A DNA stretch of 62,904 nt, filler included, from Rhabdomonas costata (GCA_019059605.1; 46 parts of 46 records of this genome joined end to end with filler, not necessarily neighbours in it); one strand, 5' to 3'; shown: positions 13,153 to 25,136, counted from the first letter of the whole stretch. The notes: generated by a model not told the origin, from the letters alone. Program-made: numbers and translations.

Positions 13153-13314
13153 CGTTCGGGTCCGGCTCTCGGCCATGCCATGGATGAAGTTGAAGATCGG
13201 GGTCTCGACGGGTTTGCCCTCGAAGAGCTGCAAAAGGTGCTCGTTGAACAGGTCCACGCGAAGCGCCTCCACGCACTCAAAGTCAAGCTTGCCCCTCTTG
13301 TCCCGCGGGTAGGC
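13153..13314 (-). CDS. Exon of bacterial-type uridine/nucleoside kinase (AYPRDKRGKLDFECVEALRVDLFNEHLLQLFEGKPVETPIFNFIHG)
   Basis: Pyrimidine tract with CAG acceptor, GTACGT donor, 162 nt, phase 0-0. Matches PRDE.G.YDFE..EALD..LFN.HL..L..G..V..P.F.F..G. Confidence 0.8.
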
Positions 13315-13704
13315 CTGCGAATCAAAGGGAGAAGGGGCAGGATCCTCCTCCTTCCTCGGCAGCCCCTGTTCGCTGCTGTGCCCCGAGGTGGTACAGTAAT
13401 TGTGTGATTACTCTGATGATGTCCAACATTAGGAGCGAAACACCTGCGAGAATCCCGCGGGACAGCTCTGTAGAAGCGCTCCTCGGGGTTGAGATTGTTA
13501 GAGGCTTTGTCCGTGACACCACCAACGATGCTGATGCTTCCCGAGTCCACCGTCCACCTCACTTCAGCACGATTTCAACACGGTGAAAAATGACAAACAA
13601 CANNNNNNNNNNNNNNNNNNNNNNNNNNNNNNNNNNNNNNNNNNNNTTAATTAATTAANNNNNNNNNNNNNNNNNNNNNNNNNNNNNNNNNNNNNNNNNN
13701 NNGT

Positions 13705-14541
13705 GTGGGGGGCAAGACGTCCGCCGATGCCTTCGTTTTTGTGTTCGGATGGCTTTCTCGAGCCCTGCGGGGCGTGGTGGCGGTGACATCGCGAGTGGGA
13801 ACGGTCGCTCTGAAATGGCTTGTAACGGAAGCCATGTCAGTCACAGGCAAGTTTATGCAGGCGGCCCACGTAGTGGTCGTTGAATTTTGCTGGTTGACCG
13901 AACGTTTGGCGCAGGGGACTCTGTCGGTAGGGCGCGCTCTCCGTCTGCTTCAAATCAAGACCGTGGCGTTGCGAGTTTTCAGCGCGCTTTTGGATGGTGT
14001 TGCCCGAAATGGAAAGGTGCTGGCCCATTGCCTGGTTGGATTCACGAGGTGTTGTGCTCACGCTTTGCTGAGGCTGGCGACTGAGATGGGTCGAAAGGTG
14101 ATGGTTTTTGCACCTCCCATCTGGGATGTTTGCACCCTTGCCTCTGAGAGGTTGGTTCAGTTTTTGATTTCTCTGACAAGGGCTGTGGTGCGGTTCTTGC
14201 GCAAGATGCCCATTTTATTGTACCAAGCATTTTTCCACTACTTTGTTGGGTACGTGCAAGGGGTGGGGAAGACTGTTGTCCAGTTACTAGGACAAGTGAT
14301 AACGATTGGGTGGCAATTACTCGTTCACGGCAATGCTCTTCTCTGCGTGCTTCAGTCAATAACTCGCTGCGTGTATCGGGGAGTGCTGTGGACTTGCTCG
14401 GCGCTGCTGCAATGTGCGGATAAGGTCCTGAATGGGCGGCTTGTTGTAATCGCCCTTTCATATGCGTGGACGTTTACCTCAGCTGTTCTGCGTGGGTTTT
14501 GTTCTCTGATTTTTCACGTCTTGTGGAACGTGCAGTGTTGA
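13705..14541 (+). CDS. Long (278 aa, 5'-truncated) hydrophobic/amphipathic ORF, unknown function
   Basis: Open from the contig edge for 837 nt. Leu/Val/Ala/Phe-rich helical segments, no recognised motif. Confidence 0.45.
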   Translation: MGGKTSADAFVFVFGWLSRALRGVVAVTSRVGTVALKWLVTEAMSVTGKFMQAAHVVVVEFCWLTERLAQGTLSVGRALRLLQIKTVALRVFSALLDGVARNGKVLAHCLVGFTRCCAHALLRLATEMGRKVMVFAPPIWDVCTLASERLVQFLISLTRAVVRFLRKMPILLYQAFFHYFVGYVQGVGKTVVQLLGQVITIGWQLLVHGNALLCVLQSITRCVYRGVLWTCSALLQCADKVLNGRLVVIALSYAWTFTSAVLRGFCSLIFHVLWNVQC

Positions 14542-16762
14542 GGGCAGTGTGATGTCCGCTCGTCGTAACGTCTTTACCGTTCGTGTGGGAGTCAAACGAT
14601 GGCTCCAAATCTCCGAAACGTCCAATGCTGTTGTTTCTTTCAGTTCTTTTCAATTCTTTCAATTGTTGCTTGTCGCTGTAGGCTTTGCCATTGTGTGTCG
14701 ATACTGTTGGTGCTTCACTGTGTATTCTGTTCCTCTTCTTTGAGGTGCTGCTCTGAAGGCTGTGTCATGTTACCCATTTCTGAAAGGGAAAAGACTGCCT
14801 GGTTGTGCATTGACCTCATCAAAATAGGCATTGCTGGCTTGTTCGTTCAACTACGGGGACCAAGTATCTCATTTAATGTCCCACCGAGGAGCGTGAGTAC
14901 AACATTTACCCGACTTGTTTTCGTCGTGGCAAGGCAGTGTTTGGGAAGATCAGACAAAAACGCCCAACACANNNNNNNNNNNNNNNNNNNNNNNNNNNNN
15001 NNNNNNNNNNNNNNNTTAATTAATTAANNNNNNNNNNNNNNNNNNNNNNNNNNNNNNNNNNNNNNNNNNNNGTTTTTTGGTCTTTGTTTTTGCTCCGTGT
15101 CCCCCACAACGGGCCTTCCTTGTCACAGGGAGCCTCTGTGGTGCTGTCGGCATGCCCTATCTCTGTCCCCACTCTCATTTAACTCTCCTGGGTGTTCATT
15201 TTGCATGGGAATGTTCTCAGTTTGATGTTGGCAGTTCTTCTTGGTGGTTCCTGGAGTCGGATGAATGCATACGTGTGACGATTTTCGTTCAGTGGTTGAA
15301 TCCACTGCTGCAAGCCAGTGGTGCAATCAAACCAAATGAAGCACCTGTGACAGAACGCTTCTGTTAGGACCTCGATGCCTTCTACCTATTGGTTGCCACA
15401 AGAAAGAAAAGCTGACTCGGTGACTTGCGAAGCAGATTCCATTCCACTGTGCTTCAAACGCCTATATCCAGTGTCTGAAGTCCAGTAGGAAATTCCAAAA
15501 AAGAGAGAGGGAGGCAGAGGGAGAGGGAGGGAGGGAGCAAACACCGCCGGGGGGTTCTTCGGGAGGAAGCTGGCGGTCGCTGCGGAGTCGGAGGGCAGGG
15601 CGAGCAGAACGAGGGCGAGCCCAGCAAGCAAGAGCCCAAGTCCCGCGTCGGAGAGGTCGCGGAGGCCATCACCAGCGACAGCCCCGAGCCAAGCCCAAGC
15701 GCCCTGTAAAAGACCCAGCTCTGTTCGGTGTGGGGTATTCAGCAGCACAGAGCAAAAAGACCAATGCGCAATAGCAAAGCGTGCGGCAAAAAATACGATA
15801 CAGGAAGAAAACAATGAATTACATAGGCACGAGAAGAACAAAACAAAGCGAGGGAATAACAAACACGAGAGAAAAAAGGAAAGCAGCATTAAATCACAAC
15901 AGTGAGAGAGCGCAGGACAAAAAAAGGGGGGTGGGGAGAAAAACATTTCAAAAAACACAAATGGGCGGCGCGAAGGTTTACTGTGCAGTTGCGTTCTCTT
16001 TTCTGAATGCCATCACGATCGTATAAATAGAAGCAAAAAGAAGGTTTTCAAATAATGGAGGAAGGCCACCACCAGACTTGCTCGATATGATTTGCTGCTC
16101 ATTTCTCCTCTCAAATCAATTCTTGTTTTTGTTTTCCGCCCGCGTGACAAAACAACAGTATGCTGCCAACAGTATGCGGCAGCAAACGCAAACACAACAC
16201 AGCGCGTGGTCAGCTATTGAGCCAAAGAGCTTGACTCACTTCCCGCTTCAATAACGTTAGCATGCTAAGCAGCTGCACACAACCTCTTGCATCAGGAGCC
16301 CTCTGTTCCAACAAGCAGTGATTTTCCCCACAACAACCACANNNNNNNNNNNNNNNNNNNNNNNNNNNNNNNNNNNNNNNNNNNNTTAATTAATTAANNN
16401 NNNNNNNNNNNNNNNNNNNNNNNNNNNNNNNNNNNNNNNNNGTGTTGTTGTATCCGATTCCATGATGTGTCCGGTTGCCTTACACTTCTCGTTTTTCTCT
16501 GTTGCGTTTGTTGCCGTCGAAATTTGTGGTGGGTCGCGTGGTGCAAAAGGGATGTTTTCCTGTACGGTCGGGTTGGAGCGGGTGCGCTTCTGTGCGCTGT
16601 GCGAGGCTGTTGGGTGCTCTTGAGTGATGGGGTGTAGTGTCTTGCGTGTCTAGGACTTGGTTCTGTGCTGGCAGTTGGATGTTGGCCTTTGGTCTGTATG
16701 TGGGGGGGGGTGCCGCTGGGATTTGCTACTGCTGTATATCCTTGTCTGTTGGCTGTGTGCAG

Positions 16763-17575
16763 GGCTGGGCGAAGCTCGGCGAGGGCGTTGCTGTGGGGGA
16801 AAAGGTGTTTGTGCTGAAGCACCCCGTTCCCCTGGACTGGCGGTTTCCGCAGTGCGGCGCGGTGTGTCACCACGGAGATTCCGGAGTAGTTGCGGCGGGG
16901 CTGCGGTATACTGTCACTGTCTTCACCTTCCCTCGTTATATCCAAGCAAGGGCTTTCTACTCAGCACGTGCCTTCGTACGCGCGCTCTTTTGATAGCAGA
17001 GGTTGTTGTGTAATTAATCTCCGCGTCACCTGAAAAAAGTCAAAACCGAAACAAGCACACTGTAAATCAGGCTTTTTCGGACTTAGTAGCTCGACGGGGG
17101 TGGTGAAAAAGCTGGATTTTACATGGTTTTGTTGTTGCAAGTCGTACCGGGTATAGTCAGTGGTCGGCTTCTCTATCACTGTTCACGCTTACTGAGGTTG
17201 CCGTAGCACACCAGCAGCCCCTGTGACAACGTTCGTCTCGCGGTGACATGTTGCTCCCCATTTCCCCGGTGTTGCAGTGCGTTTTCTCTCGAGCAATTTC
17301 TTCTGTATGCCCCAGTAGTGGTGCTATCCCGATACAATTTCTTGTTTCCACCTATCTGAGTGGCATAGCCTGCGATCTTGAGCTGCTGATGTGCTTCTGT
17401 TTTTTACTTTTCCAGGAATACACACAAACCTTCACAACTTCTCTTCTCTCTTTTTTCCAGAGCGGGGAAGCCCACACTGGTCATACCCTTTTCTGTGGAG
17501 CAGTTCTTTTGGGGTTGCTGCTTGGCGCGCAATGTGCCGCCCATCCCGTACGCGCAGCTTACCGCGGAGAAGCTG
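16763..17575 (+). CDS. Sterol 3-beta-glucosyltransferase-like (GT1, UGT51/UGT80 type) C-terminal domain, exons 16763-16905 and 17461-17575
   Basis: GT-AG splice CG|A gives GWAKLG..KVFVLKHPVPLDWRFPQCGAVCHHGDSGVVAAGLRAGKPTLVIPFSVEQFFWG...PPIPYAQLTAEKL. This aligns with the UGT signature PHDWLFP..AVVHHGGAGTTAAGLRAG.PT..PFFGDQ.FWG. Confidence 0.85.
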
Positions 17576-18010
17576 GTACTCTTCCCACGCTACGAGTGCG
17601 AATGGCTTGCAGGGAATAGTACTTCACTTCTTTGCCGAGCGTTCCGAAAGTCAAGAGAGTCAAGACTTTTTCAGAACATATTTTTGCAGAAGAATTCGGC
17701 CCGAGTGGNNNNNNNNNNNNNNNNNNNNNNNNNNNNNNNNNNNNNNNNNNNNTTAATTAATTAANNNNNNNNNNNNNNNNNNNNNNNNNNNNNNNNNNNN
17801 NNNNNNNNCGAATTCTGCATCTCCACGACCTTCCCTGGGGGCAAGAGGAAAGAAGAAACTGCAGAAGCTGACCAAATCGACCCCCTCCTGGGCGAGCAAT
17901 GTTCACCTGCCGCTGGCAACAATGTTCACCACTGGCCTTGGAGCGGTCAGAAGGGCCAGTGTGTCGCCCTTCTGACCGACACCGACACAGACAAGCACAC
18001 ATACACAGAC

Positions 18011-18318
18011 CAGATCACCAGTGGTCAGATTGTACCCCTGCACCACGACCGTGAACTCCACGTTGTCCGCCACAGCGGCCGTGCTCAGAGAGTACCCTGC
18101 CACACCATTCACGGTGGCCACTCCCACTGCCGTCCAGGTGCTGGCTCCGGAGACCAGCCGGCACACCGGGTAGGCCCCACAGCTGAGGTTCTGCGTGGGC
18201 AGGAGGACCTGCACCCACGGCCAGCCTGTGGTGTTGAACTGCACAGGGGTTCCCGGGGTGGACAGGGGAAGGCTGGCACACAGGGTGCCCGCAGGGGCCA
18301 CGTAGTACTGCTCCGAAG
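18011..18318 (-). CDS. Exon of large extracellular beta-rich repeat protein (..GAYPVCRLVSGASTWTAVGVATVNGVAGYSLS..VVVQGYNLTTGDL)
   Basis: GCAG acceptor, GT donor and high GC3. Y.VC...W..VG..TV pattern typical of giant protist surface proteins. Confidence 0.6.
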
Positions 18319-19638
18319 CTGCGCAAAAATGCGTGCATAGCGCTCATTCACGAACGTGAGTGTTGAGAGCGCACGTCGCAGTATTCTGACCGAGATCTGG
18401 ATGACTTCTCGTTGGTGTGACAAAAACGCAAATCACAAGCGAGGCCTGCATGACGTCTTCGGGATTGTGCGGGTCTAGTTCCCTCCATAACCTTGGCTGG
18501 GACTGCGTTGACGGCGTTTACCGCAGCTATCACTCCCTCTCTGTTCCCTTTGGCGCGTTGCCGCTGCAGTGAAATTGCTGTTTGGTGCAAATCTGTGGCT
18601 GCAAAAACATATCTCACTCATGAACTAGATCAATGCTTCTAGCCACGGATCACTGTGAGCCCTCACCAATTTTCCCCCAGGCTAAGAATTTCAGCTTGCT
18701 GCTCAATCGCTAGGTAGGGTATAAGAGTCCCTCCGGTGGCAGCCTAGGGATTCATGATTGACCAATCGACTGGTCAAAGTCACGGGCTGGGAAAAATTGC
18801 AAATTGGCCAAAACAAGCAGTCAAAAAAAGCAGTGTGTCAAAAAAGTGCAAATTTCAAGCGAAATTTCGCCCCGAGTTCATATCACAAAACCGTATCACA
18901 GGCAAGCGCCACAAGGATTCTGCACGTCTTCTTGCAGTGGTGCTTCCCAGGCCAACTAAAAACGACATTATATTATATTATCCCTAAGAAGAAGAGGGCT
19001 AAGCCGAAGCAGGCCTGGGGTCTTTTGTGTATTATATTATATAGCAGGCTACATAATATAATACACAAAACAACAAAANNNNNNNNNNNNNNNNNNNNNN
19101 NNNNNNNNNNNNNNNNNNNNNNTTAATTAATTAANNNNNNNNNNNNNNNNNNNNNNNNNNNNNNNNNNNNNNNNNNNNGGTTGTGGGGGAAGGGCAGGCC
19201 TTGTTTATTTTCACCCAGGAACTCACACCATGTGCGCATCCGAGTCGGTCAGCCCGGCCTCACCAAAAATCGGCTCCAGGAAGCTGGAACCTGGCCTGGT
19301 CCACCAAAGTTACAGGGAGAGATAAGGTCGATGTTGCAGATGAGCCATAAGCATCGCTATAAGCAATTGCTCAAATGGCAGGTTACTCATTGCTAAGAGT
19401 GTTTATGTTCACGGATTTACGAGGTGGTGATGTGAAGACGACACATACACAACTTCAGCAAAAAAAAAGACACACGCACACACAACTTTTCCTGCTGGAG
19501 AGTGGGGATTGACTGCAGATGTCCTGCAAAGGGGATCTAACGCTCTTCATACCCCGCTTGCCGCTCGCGGGCAGAACCTTATGACTATTTTCCTTTTGCA
19601 GTGTCACAGCGCGGAAAAAGAGCGTGGATGCTCCCAAC

Positions 19639-19869
19639 CTTGCAGCACTCTGCAGATCCTTGGCCCTCATTGAAGATGGCGTCGAACTGATCGCGGCGAA
19701 AGCTCACCCGCAGCTTGTCTTTGCGGCGATAAACCTCTCCACTGCCCTGGGGATTTCCCTCGCCGCCCTCCCCTTCGGGCGCCTCACGGGTCTGGGCCGC
19801 ATCCATAGCAGCCACAATCGCGCGGACTCGGTCGATGTAGAACGGAGCGGCTTCCCCAGGGTGGAAAAC
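19639..19869 (-). CDS. Phase 0-0 exon of unknown protein (VFHPGEAAPFYIDRVRAIVAAMD...LRVSFRRDQFDAIFNEGQGSAECCK)
   Basis: CAG acceptor, GT donor, 231 nt open, coding-like codon bias. Confidence 0.5.
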
Positions 19870-21076
19870 CTGGGTGTGTGGGGACGCGACCACCCCTCGG
19901 AACCCGCTTCTTGGCCATCTTTTTTTTTTAAGCAGTTTCAAGCCCCAATTCCTGGGCGTAGAGCTGGTATATAGCCGCTTCCACATTTTTTTTTGGAGCG
20001 GGCCACAACGGCCTCAGGGCAATACCACCATTTGTCTTTATTTTTATCAGCCTAGCCCAGCTGCTAATGCTGTGTGCGGTTCCGATGAAATAAAAACCGT
20101 GAACTGCGACGAGCACGCACAGCAACTGAAGCTACCTAGGTGACCAAAAACCGGCGGACATCGCTTGGATTGCTGGTTCAAGCTAGCAGTGAATTAAGGG
20201 CCTGGGTGCAACGACCCAAGCCCGCTTTAAAAAAAGAAGCTCCCCGAAAAAATACATCGCTTGGCCCATTCTCAAAGTTGGGCGAGATATTGTTGAGACT
20301 GGTAACTCTTTGCGTGTGTTAAGACGGGCTTGCATTGAAATACCTTCCGGAGCAGCACGGCGAACTGCAGCAGAGTACTGGACTGGGTGGGGCTGCCCTG
20401 GGTTGCCCGCAGCATCGCCACCAGGGCAGTGGGCAGGACACCAACCCNNNNNNNNNNNNNNNNNNNNNNNNNNNNNNNNNNNNNNNNNNNNTTAATTAAT
20501 TAANNNNNNNNNNNNNNNNNNNNNNNNNNNNNNNNNNNNNNNNNNNNATGAGGCGGGGACGTGTCCTAGGGGGGGCCTTGCAAAACTTTGACTTTTACTA
20601 TTTAATGGCGTTAAACGGTTAAAAATATTATCCCTCAAAAAGTCATTTTCTCAACACGGAGCTTTGTTTACCTGTGCCGCCCCCTAGATGCCGATTTTTA
20701 GTTCGTTTCGACTGTTTAACATTGTTCAACGTTTAAGGCACCCCCCCCCGAAAAAATACAACAACCCCATGGCCACTCACCCGTGGGCTATGCATTGGTT
20801 TCTGGGGCTAAATAATAGTGGGGGTTGGGGCGAACCATACAAGTTGCTGTTGCGGGTTACTCACGATTCTCCAGAAAAAGACCACACTCTCAACTTTTCT
20901 GTGCCGTCCTTCGTGGCAATGTGGCAATGCTGTCCCGTTGCGTCACAAAGGGCTGCCGGATCTCTGCCATTCTTTTTATGCTGGTCCAGGGCGCACACGT
21001 CTGAAATTGCTGTCAGGGGTTTTGTGCTGTTTGTTTGAAATGGTGTAAAAGCAGCCTCACCTCGGTATGTACTTAG

Positions 21077-21817
21077 GACTACATTGCGCCGGAGCGCCTC
21101 ACCGGAGGTCGGTGCGGGCCTGAAGTGGACTGGTGGTGTTTGGGAATTGTCATCTATGAGCTGCTCGTGGGTGCTGTACCCGTCTTTGTTGTCGTTTCTT
21201 TTTTTTTTTCGCTTCGAAAACTTTCAATTACTGCAGCCGCCCCAGATGCAGCAACCAGAACCCGTTGTTTAAGTGAGTTTTTATTGTTCCGTCATTTGCA
21301 ACGGTAAATTCTAAGGCATTTTGCCCGCCCAGTATATACCTGTACTTGCAATTCTGTTTGTTGAGCTTCCTTCAAATGACATTGCAGCATCCTCTCTAGG
21401 CCATGCAGGTCACCCGTACGGTGAGCGTCCTTCGCTGTACTTCCACCTTCACATTATATTGCGGCAGCTATGTGAATTTGCACATACCTAAGAAATGTGC
21501 CGACCCCTTACAGTGCGTGCTTCGACCTCTCCCACTTCCCATCTTAGCAATAAAATGTAATCGTAAATGGAACAGGAACATCCATTACAAACTCTTGCAG
21601 AGAAGGGCGGCAACTACCTGAATTGGATAAATGCTTGCAGAAAATGTTTGTAGCACTTTCCGGGAACGTGAGCGCCTGCGCTCCTCGTTCCTGCTGCTCT
21701 CTTTTCCGGCACCACCGTGGCGTTTCGCAAAAATCAGGGGTGCCCCCCTTCAATGACGACCACCCGCACAAGATCTTCCACCGCATCCAAGCCGAGCAGC
21801 CGCACTACCCAAAACCC
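21077..21817 (+). CDS. AGC-group Ser/Thr protein kinase (MAST/Greatwall/IRE-like) subdomains VIII-X, exons 21077-21170 and 21738-contig end
   Basis: Phase-consistent GT-AG join gives [48 protein letters not shown]. Confidence 0.9.
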
Positions 21818-21938
21818 NNNNNNNNNNNNNNNNNNNNNNNNNNNNNNNNNNNNNNNNNNNNTTAATTAATTAANNNNNNNNNNNNNNNNNNNNNNNNNNN
21901 NNNNNNNNNNNNNNNNNAGCGAAGATAAATATGGTGAA

Positions 21939-22439
21939 GTGATGTTAAGCAAGGTTAAAGGAAGAATCCCGTTGCTGATATTTTGGCCAGAAGAAGAGGT
22001 AAATGTGGAGCCAACGATCTTCATGGCTATGTGCTATAACTTCATGGTGACCCATGCATTGACCTTTTGCCTCAGCGAAGCATCATCAGCTTCCGATGTA
22101 CTTCACGTTAGACGAGCAAGATATAATGCGTTTGGTTTTGTGTGGAGCCCAGAGGTATGTCTGTTTGCGAACCCGCCGTGGAGCATTGTAGCTCACGTAC
22201 TGGCTAAAGCATGTCGTGATAAAGCCAGATTGATGCTGGTTACACCACTGTGGCCGGATGCCCCGTGGTACCCGTTGTTAAAGGATCTCACGGTTGGAAG
22301 TGTGGAGTGGCAAGGAAAGATATATTTGGATAAATTTGGGAAGTTGAGACCCAAGTGGGCTACTTTGGTTTCTTACGTGGTAGGAAAAGAAATGGAAGGT
22401 ATAAGAGCATTGAGAAAATACTGGATATATGGAGTCTGA
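21939..22439 (+). mobile_element. Decayed DIRS-type tyrosine-recombinase retrotransposon fragment, Dam-like N6-adenine methyltransferase domain
   Basis: NAFGFVW....LFANPPWSIVAHVLAK.....A..MLVTPLWPDAPWYPLL is the typical DIRS1 MT signature. Intronless, and the flanks are full of stops. Confidence 0.75.
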
Positions 22440-23651
22440 CGAAGTGAAGCAGTGGATAAACGTTCATTGTTGATTCTTGTTGTCCTTTTGTTTCATCTGG
22501 CGAAGTGAAGCCAAAGATGGACGAGGAGACCCACGTCGCGTCTGTTCAGAGGTGATAAAGAGGTGATAATCCAAGACTTTCCATAAGAGGAAACGTGCAA
22601 AAGAGGGAGTGAAACAAGATATACTGTGAAGTGGAGCAGAGCTATATTGTGGATGCGACCCGTAGTGAGATCGGTCGTCGGTCGTCAGAGAGACGCCCTC
22701 AGCCCTAGCAGGGGAGTGAGTAACGTCCAGGACACGTAGGAGAGTCTTCGAGTGGACAAAAAGTTAAAGAACACGCTGGTGTTAGTAGCCATCAGAAATA
22801 TCAGAGTGGTTTTCGACGGAGTAGAGAGAGTTATCGATATGCGGGATTTGAGATGAACGGTCGACCAGCTAAAGATTGCAAGTTCAGAGCTTGAGTTGAG
22901 AAGAGAGGAGAGTGTTGTTGCTTCAGGAGCAGAGATAAATTCTGTTGGTGAGATGAGACTTCAGAAAAGCTCAAGAGTTGATGAAGTAGTGGTGCATTTG
23001 GATAAAGCAATTGGAGGAAGTCACGGAAGATATATGGAAGCAGTTGAATGGGAAGAAAGTTGATGGAGAAGGCGAAACAAGAGCAAGAACATCTGACCGA
23101 GGCAAGTCGGGAAAAAGCACAACCCGAGTATTCGACACCATGCCCGGCATAAAAGCAAAGCGAGAGAGGGAAAGAGGAGAGAAGGCCGNNNNNNNNNNNN
23201 NNNNNNNNNNNNNNNNNNNNNNNNNNNNNNNNTTAATTAATTAANNNNNNNNNNNNNNNNNNNNNNNNNNNNNNNNNNNNNNNNNNNNGTTGTGTGGGTT
23301 ACAGGAGGGCTCCCCACTCCGCTGCCCATCTTTTGGGGAGCCCTCCTGTAACCCTCGCAACTCAGCTTTCTTTTCCCCGGCTTTTTGTAACTTATTGTTG
23401 CATCATTGCTTCCAGTCACACTGCAAATGTCGTTCGGTGTTTCGGGGCTCTTCCGAAATTACCTTTTTTGAGAGAGATCACGGCAGCAGCGCACAGGTTG
23501 TTCATGGTCCGGGCCATAACTTACACTGGCAACGACAGACAGGGTGAGGCACACGGTTATCAGAAGGGGTACCAAATGGGGTCTAATCAAAATAATAAAT
23601 CATTTTTGTTCAATTGTTGCGCTGTTGACGCACAATGACACCCTTCCCCAG

Positions 23652-24110
23652 GAAATGGGACATCCGTCCGCTGTTCATCTTCAACGGCATCAACCTGCAA
23701 ACTGCGACGCAGTTCAATCTGGAGGGGAAGCCTGTGAGCTCCTCCTGGGTTCAATCCGTTGGCATGTGCTTCTCTCTTTGTGCCTTTCACTTTTGGACAC
23801 TTGCTGACCAAGGGTGACCAAGTCAACATTGGGATTCGCATCTGCAGGCTTCAAGGAGTACAGCAAGCGTGAGCAAGCGTGGAAACACTACTACGAAGAC
23901 AACTACCAAGCGGCAAAGGCTGACTTCTCTGCGGCAGGTGTAATCAACTTTGCTATCCTTCACCCAAGTGTTTTTTTTTGAATTTGCTTTCAATTTTGGC
24001 GGTATCCAGGTTCTGGAGTGACGTCAGCAGACACTCTGGACGCTGTTATTAAGTACTTCCGGACCAAGGACATAGAGTTTTTCCGAGCCCCTTACCTTGC
24101 CTGGGCGCAG
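23652..24110 (+). CDS. MKT1: MKT1 (XPG/FEN1-like PIN domain, post-transcriptional regulator), exons 23652-23733, ~23823-23937 and 24010-24110
   Basis: KWDIRPLFIFNGINL ... KREQAWKHYYEDNYQAAKADFSAAG|SGVTS..VIKYFRTKDIEFFRAPYLAWAQ. The I.P.F+F.G, AW..Y and EF..APY.AWAQ motifs are characteristic of Mkt1. The acceptor of the middle exon is uncertain. Confidence 0.8.
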
Positions 24111-24664
24111 GTTTGTTCATGATCCTTTTGTAGTTTTCTACCGAAAACTTTGGCCACCGTCATTGAAAACGAAAACGAAAACGTCACAACTGAAAAATGC
24201 GGAAGCTTTTGGCGTCTTTTGGCCGCAAGGCGTTTTTTGCTTCTTTTTTTTTGTGCATCTCCTCACGTATTGGTGGAGCGAGGAACTGCCGCGGAGAGCG
24301 TGTTTTCACCCATAAAAACCTCCATAGATATCAAACGCACACGGCAGAATCTGCGGAATGTTTCCGTAACAGCAACCACAACTGCAACTGCGACATTGAG
24401 CAGTGTGCGGGTTTGAACTGCGGGGAACCCGAGCCTGATAAAAGAGGAAGCAAGTTTTGGTTGGCTGGAATGGTATTTCTCCGTTGAATTTGATGTCAAA
24501 CTTGAATGCCAGTAAAAAGAAAAGCAGATCTTTTTGAAACCTCTGTTATAACCACCACNNNNNNNNNNNNNNNNNNNNNNNNNNNNNNNNNNNNNNNNNN
24601 NNTTAATTAATTAANNNNNNNNNNNNNNNNNNNNNNNNNNNNNNNNNNNNNNNNNNNNTTTGTT

Positions 24665-25136
24665 GGGGAAGGGTGAAGATGCCATTCTCGACCAAATCAT
24701 TCCCATTGATCGCAACAAAAACCTTGCCCTGCTTCAGCCTGACCTGGAGAAAAGCGAAAATAGGAAAGAAAAACACCCGTCCACCGAAACCTCCTCACAT
24801 CGACCGAAGCATTTTCCAAAGCAAAAGCCAAAAGAAAGGCAAGCCCAACACAAAGCACTGACAACATAACAACAACAAGGGCTGTCCATCGAGCCAGACA
24901 ACAAAACAACAGAGCGGGAAAATGGAGAAGGAATGGGGGAGGAGGGAGAGTGACTGGAGAGAGGAAGAAAGAAGGCACACCTGCACGACGTCGCCCACCT
25001 TCAAGGCCTCGCAGGGGAGCTCTCCCCGGTGCTTGCCGTGCAGCATCACGAACACAGAGGATCCAAGTGCAACTACGCCGTAGCTGGTGTGAAGCTCTGC
25101 CGAGCCCAACGCGTTGTCAAGGAACCCGTCCTGTAC
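24665..25136 (-). CDS. SPRY/B30.2-like domain protein, exons 25136-24981 and 24743-contig edge
   Basis: Phase-0 GT-AG join gives LGSAELHTSYGVVALG...ALKVGDVVQ|VRLKQGKVFVAING, which fits the SPRY pattern LG..SYG....GDV+G..L....+.F..NG. Confidence 0.55.

Noticed and set aside
5483..22439. Apparent cluster of nuclease, dehydrogenase, kinase and methyltransferase as a defence-like system
   Set aside because: Each lies on a separate contig joined artificially, apparently ordered by length, so adjacency has no biological meaning.
24981..25050. ALKVGDVVQV as a P-type ATPase actuator motif
   Set aside because: The spliced continuation (VRLKQGKVFVAING) lacks G..+PAD and fits a SPRY-like fold better.
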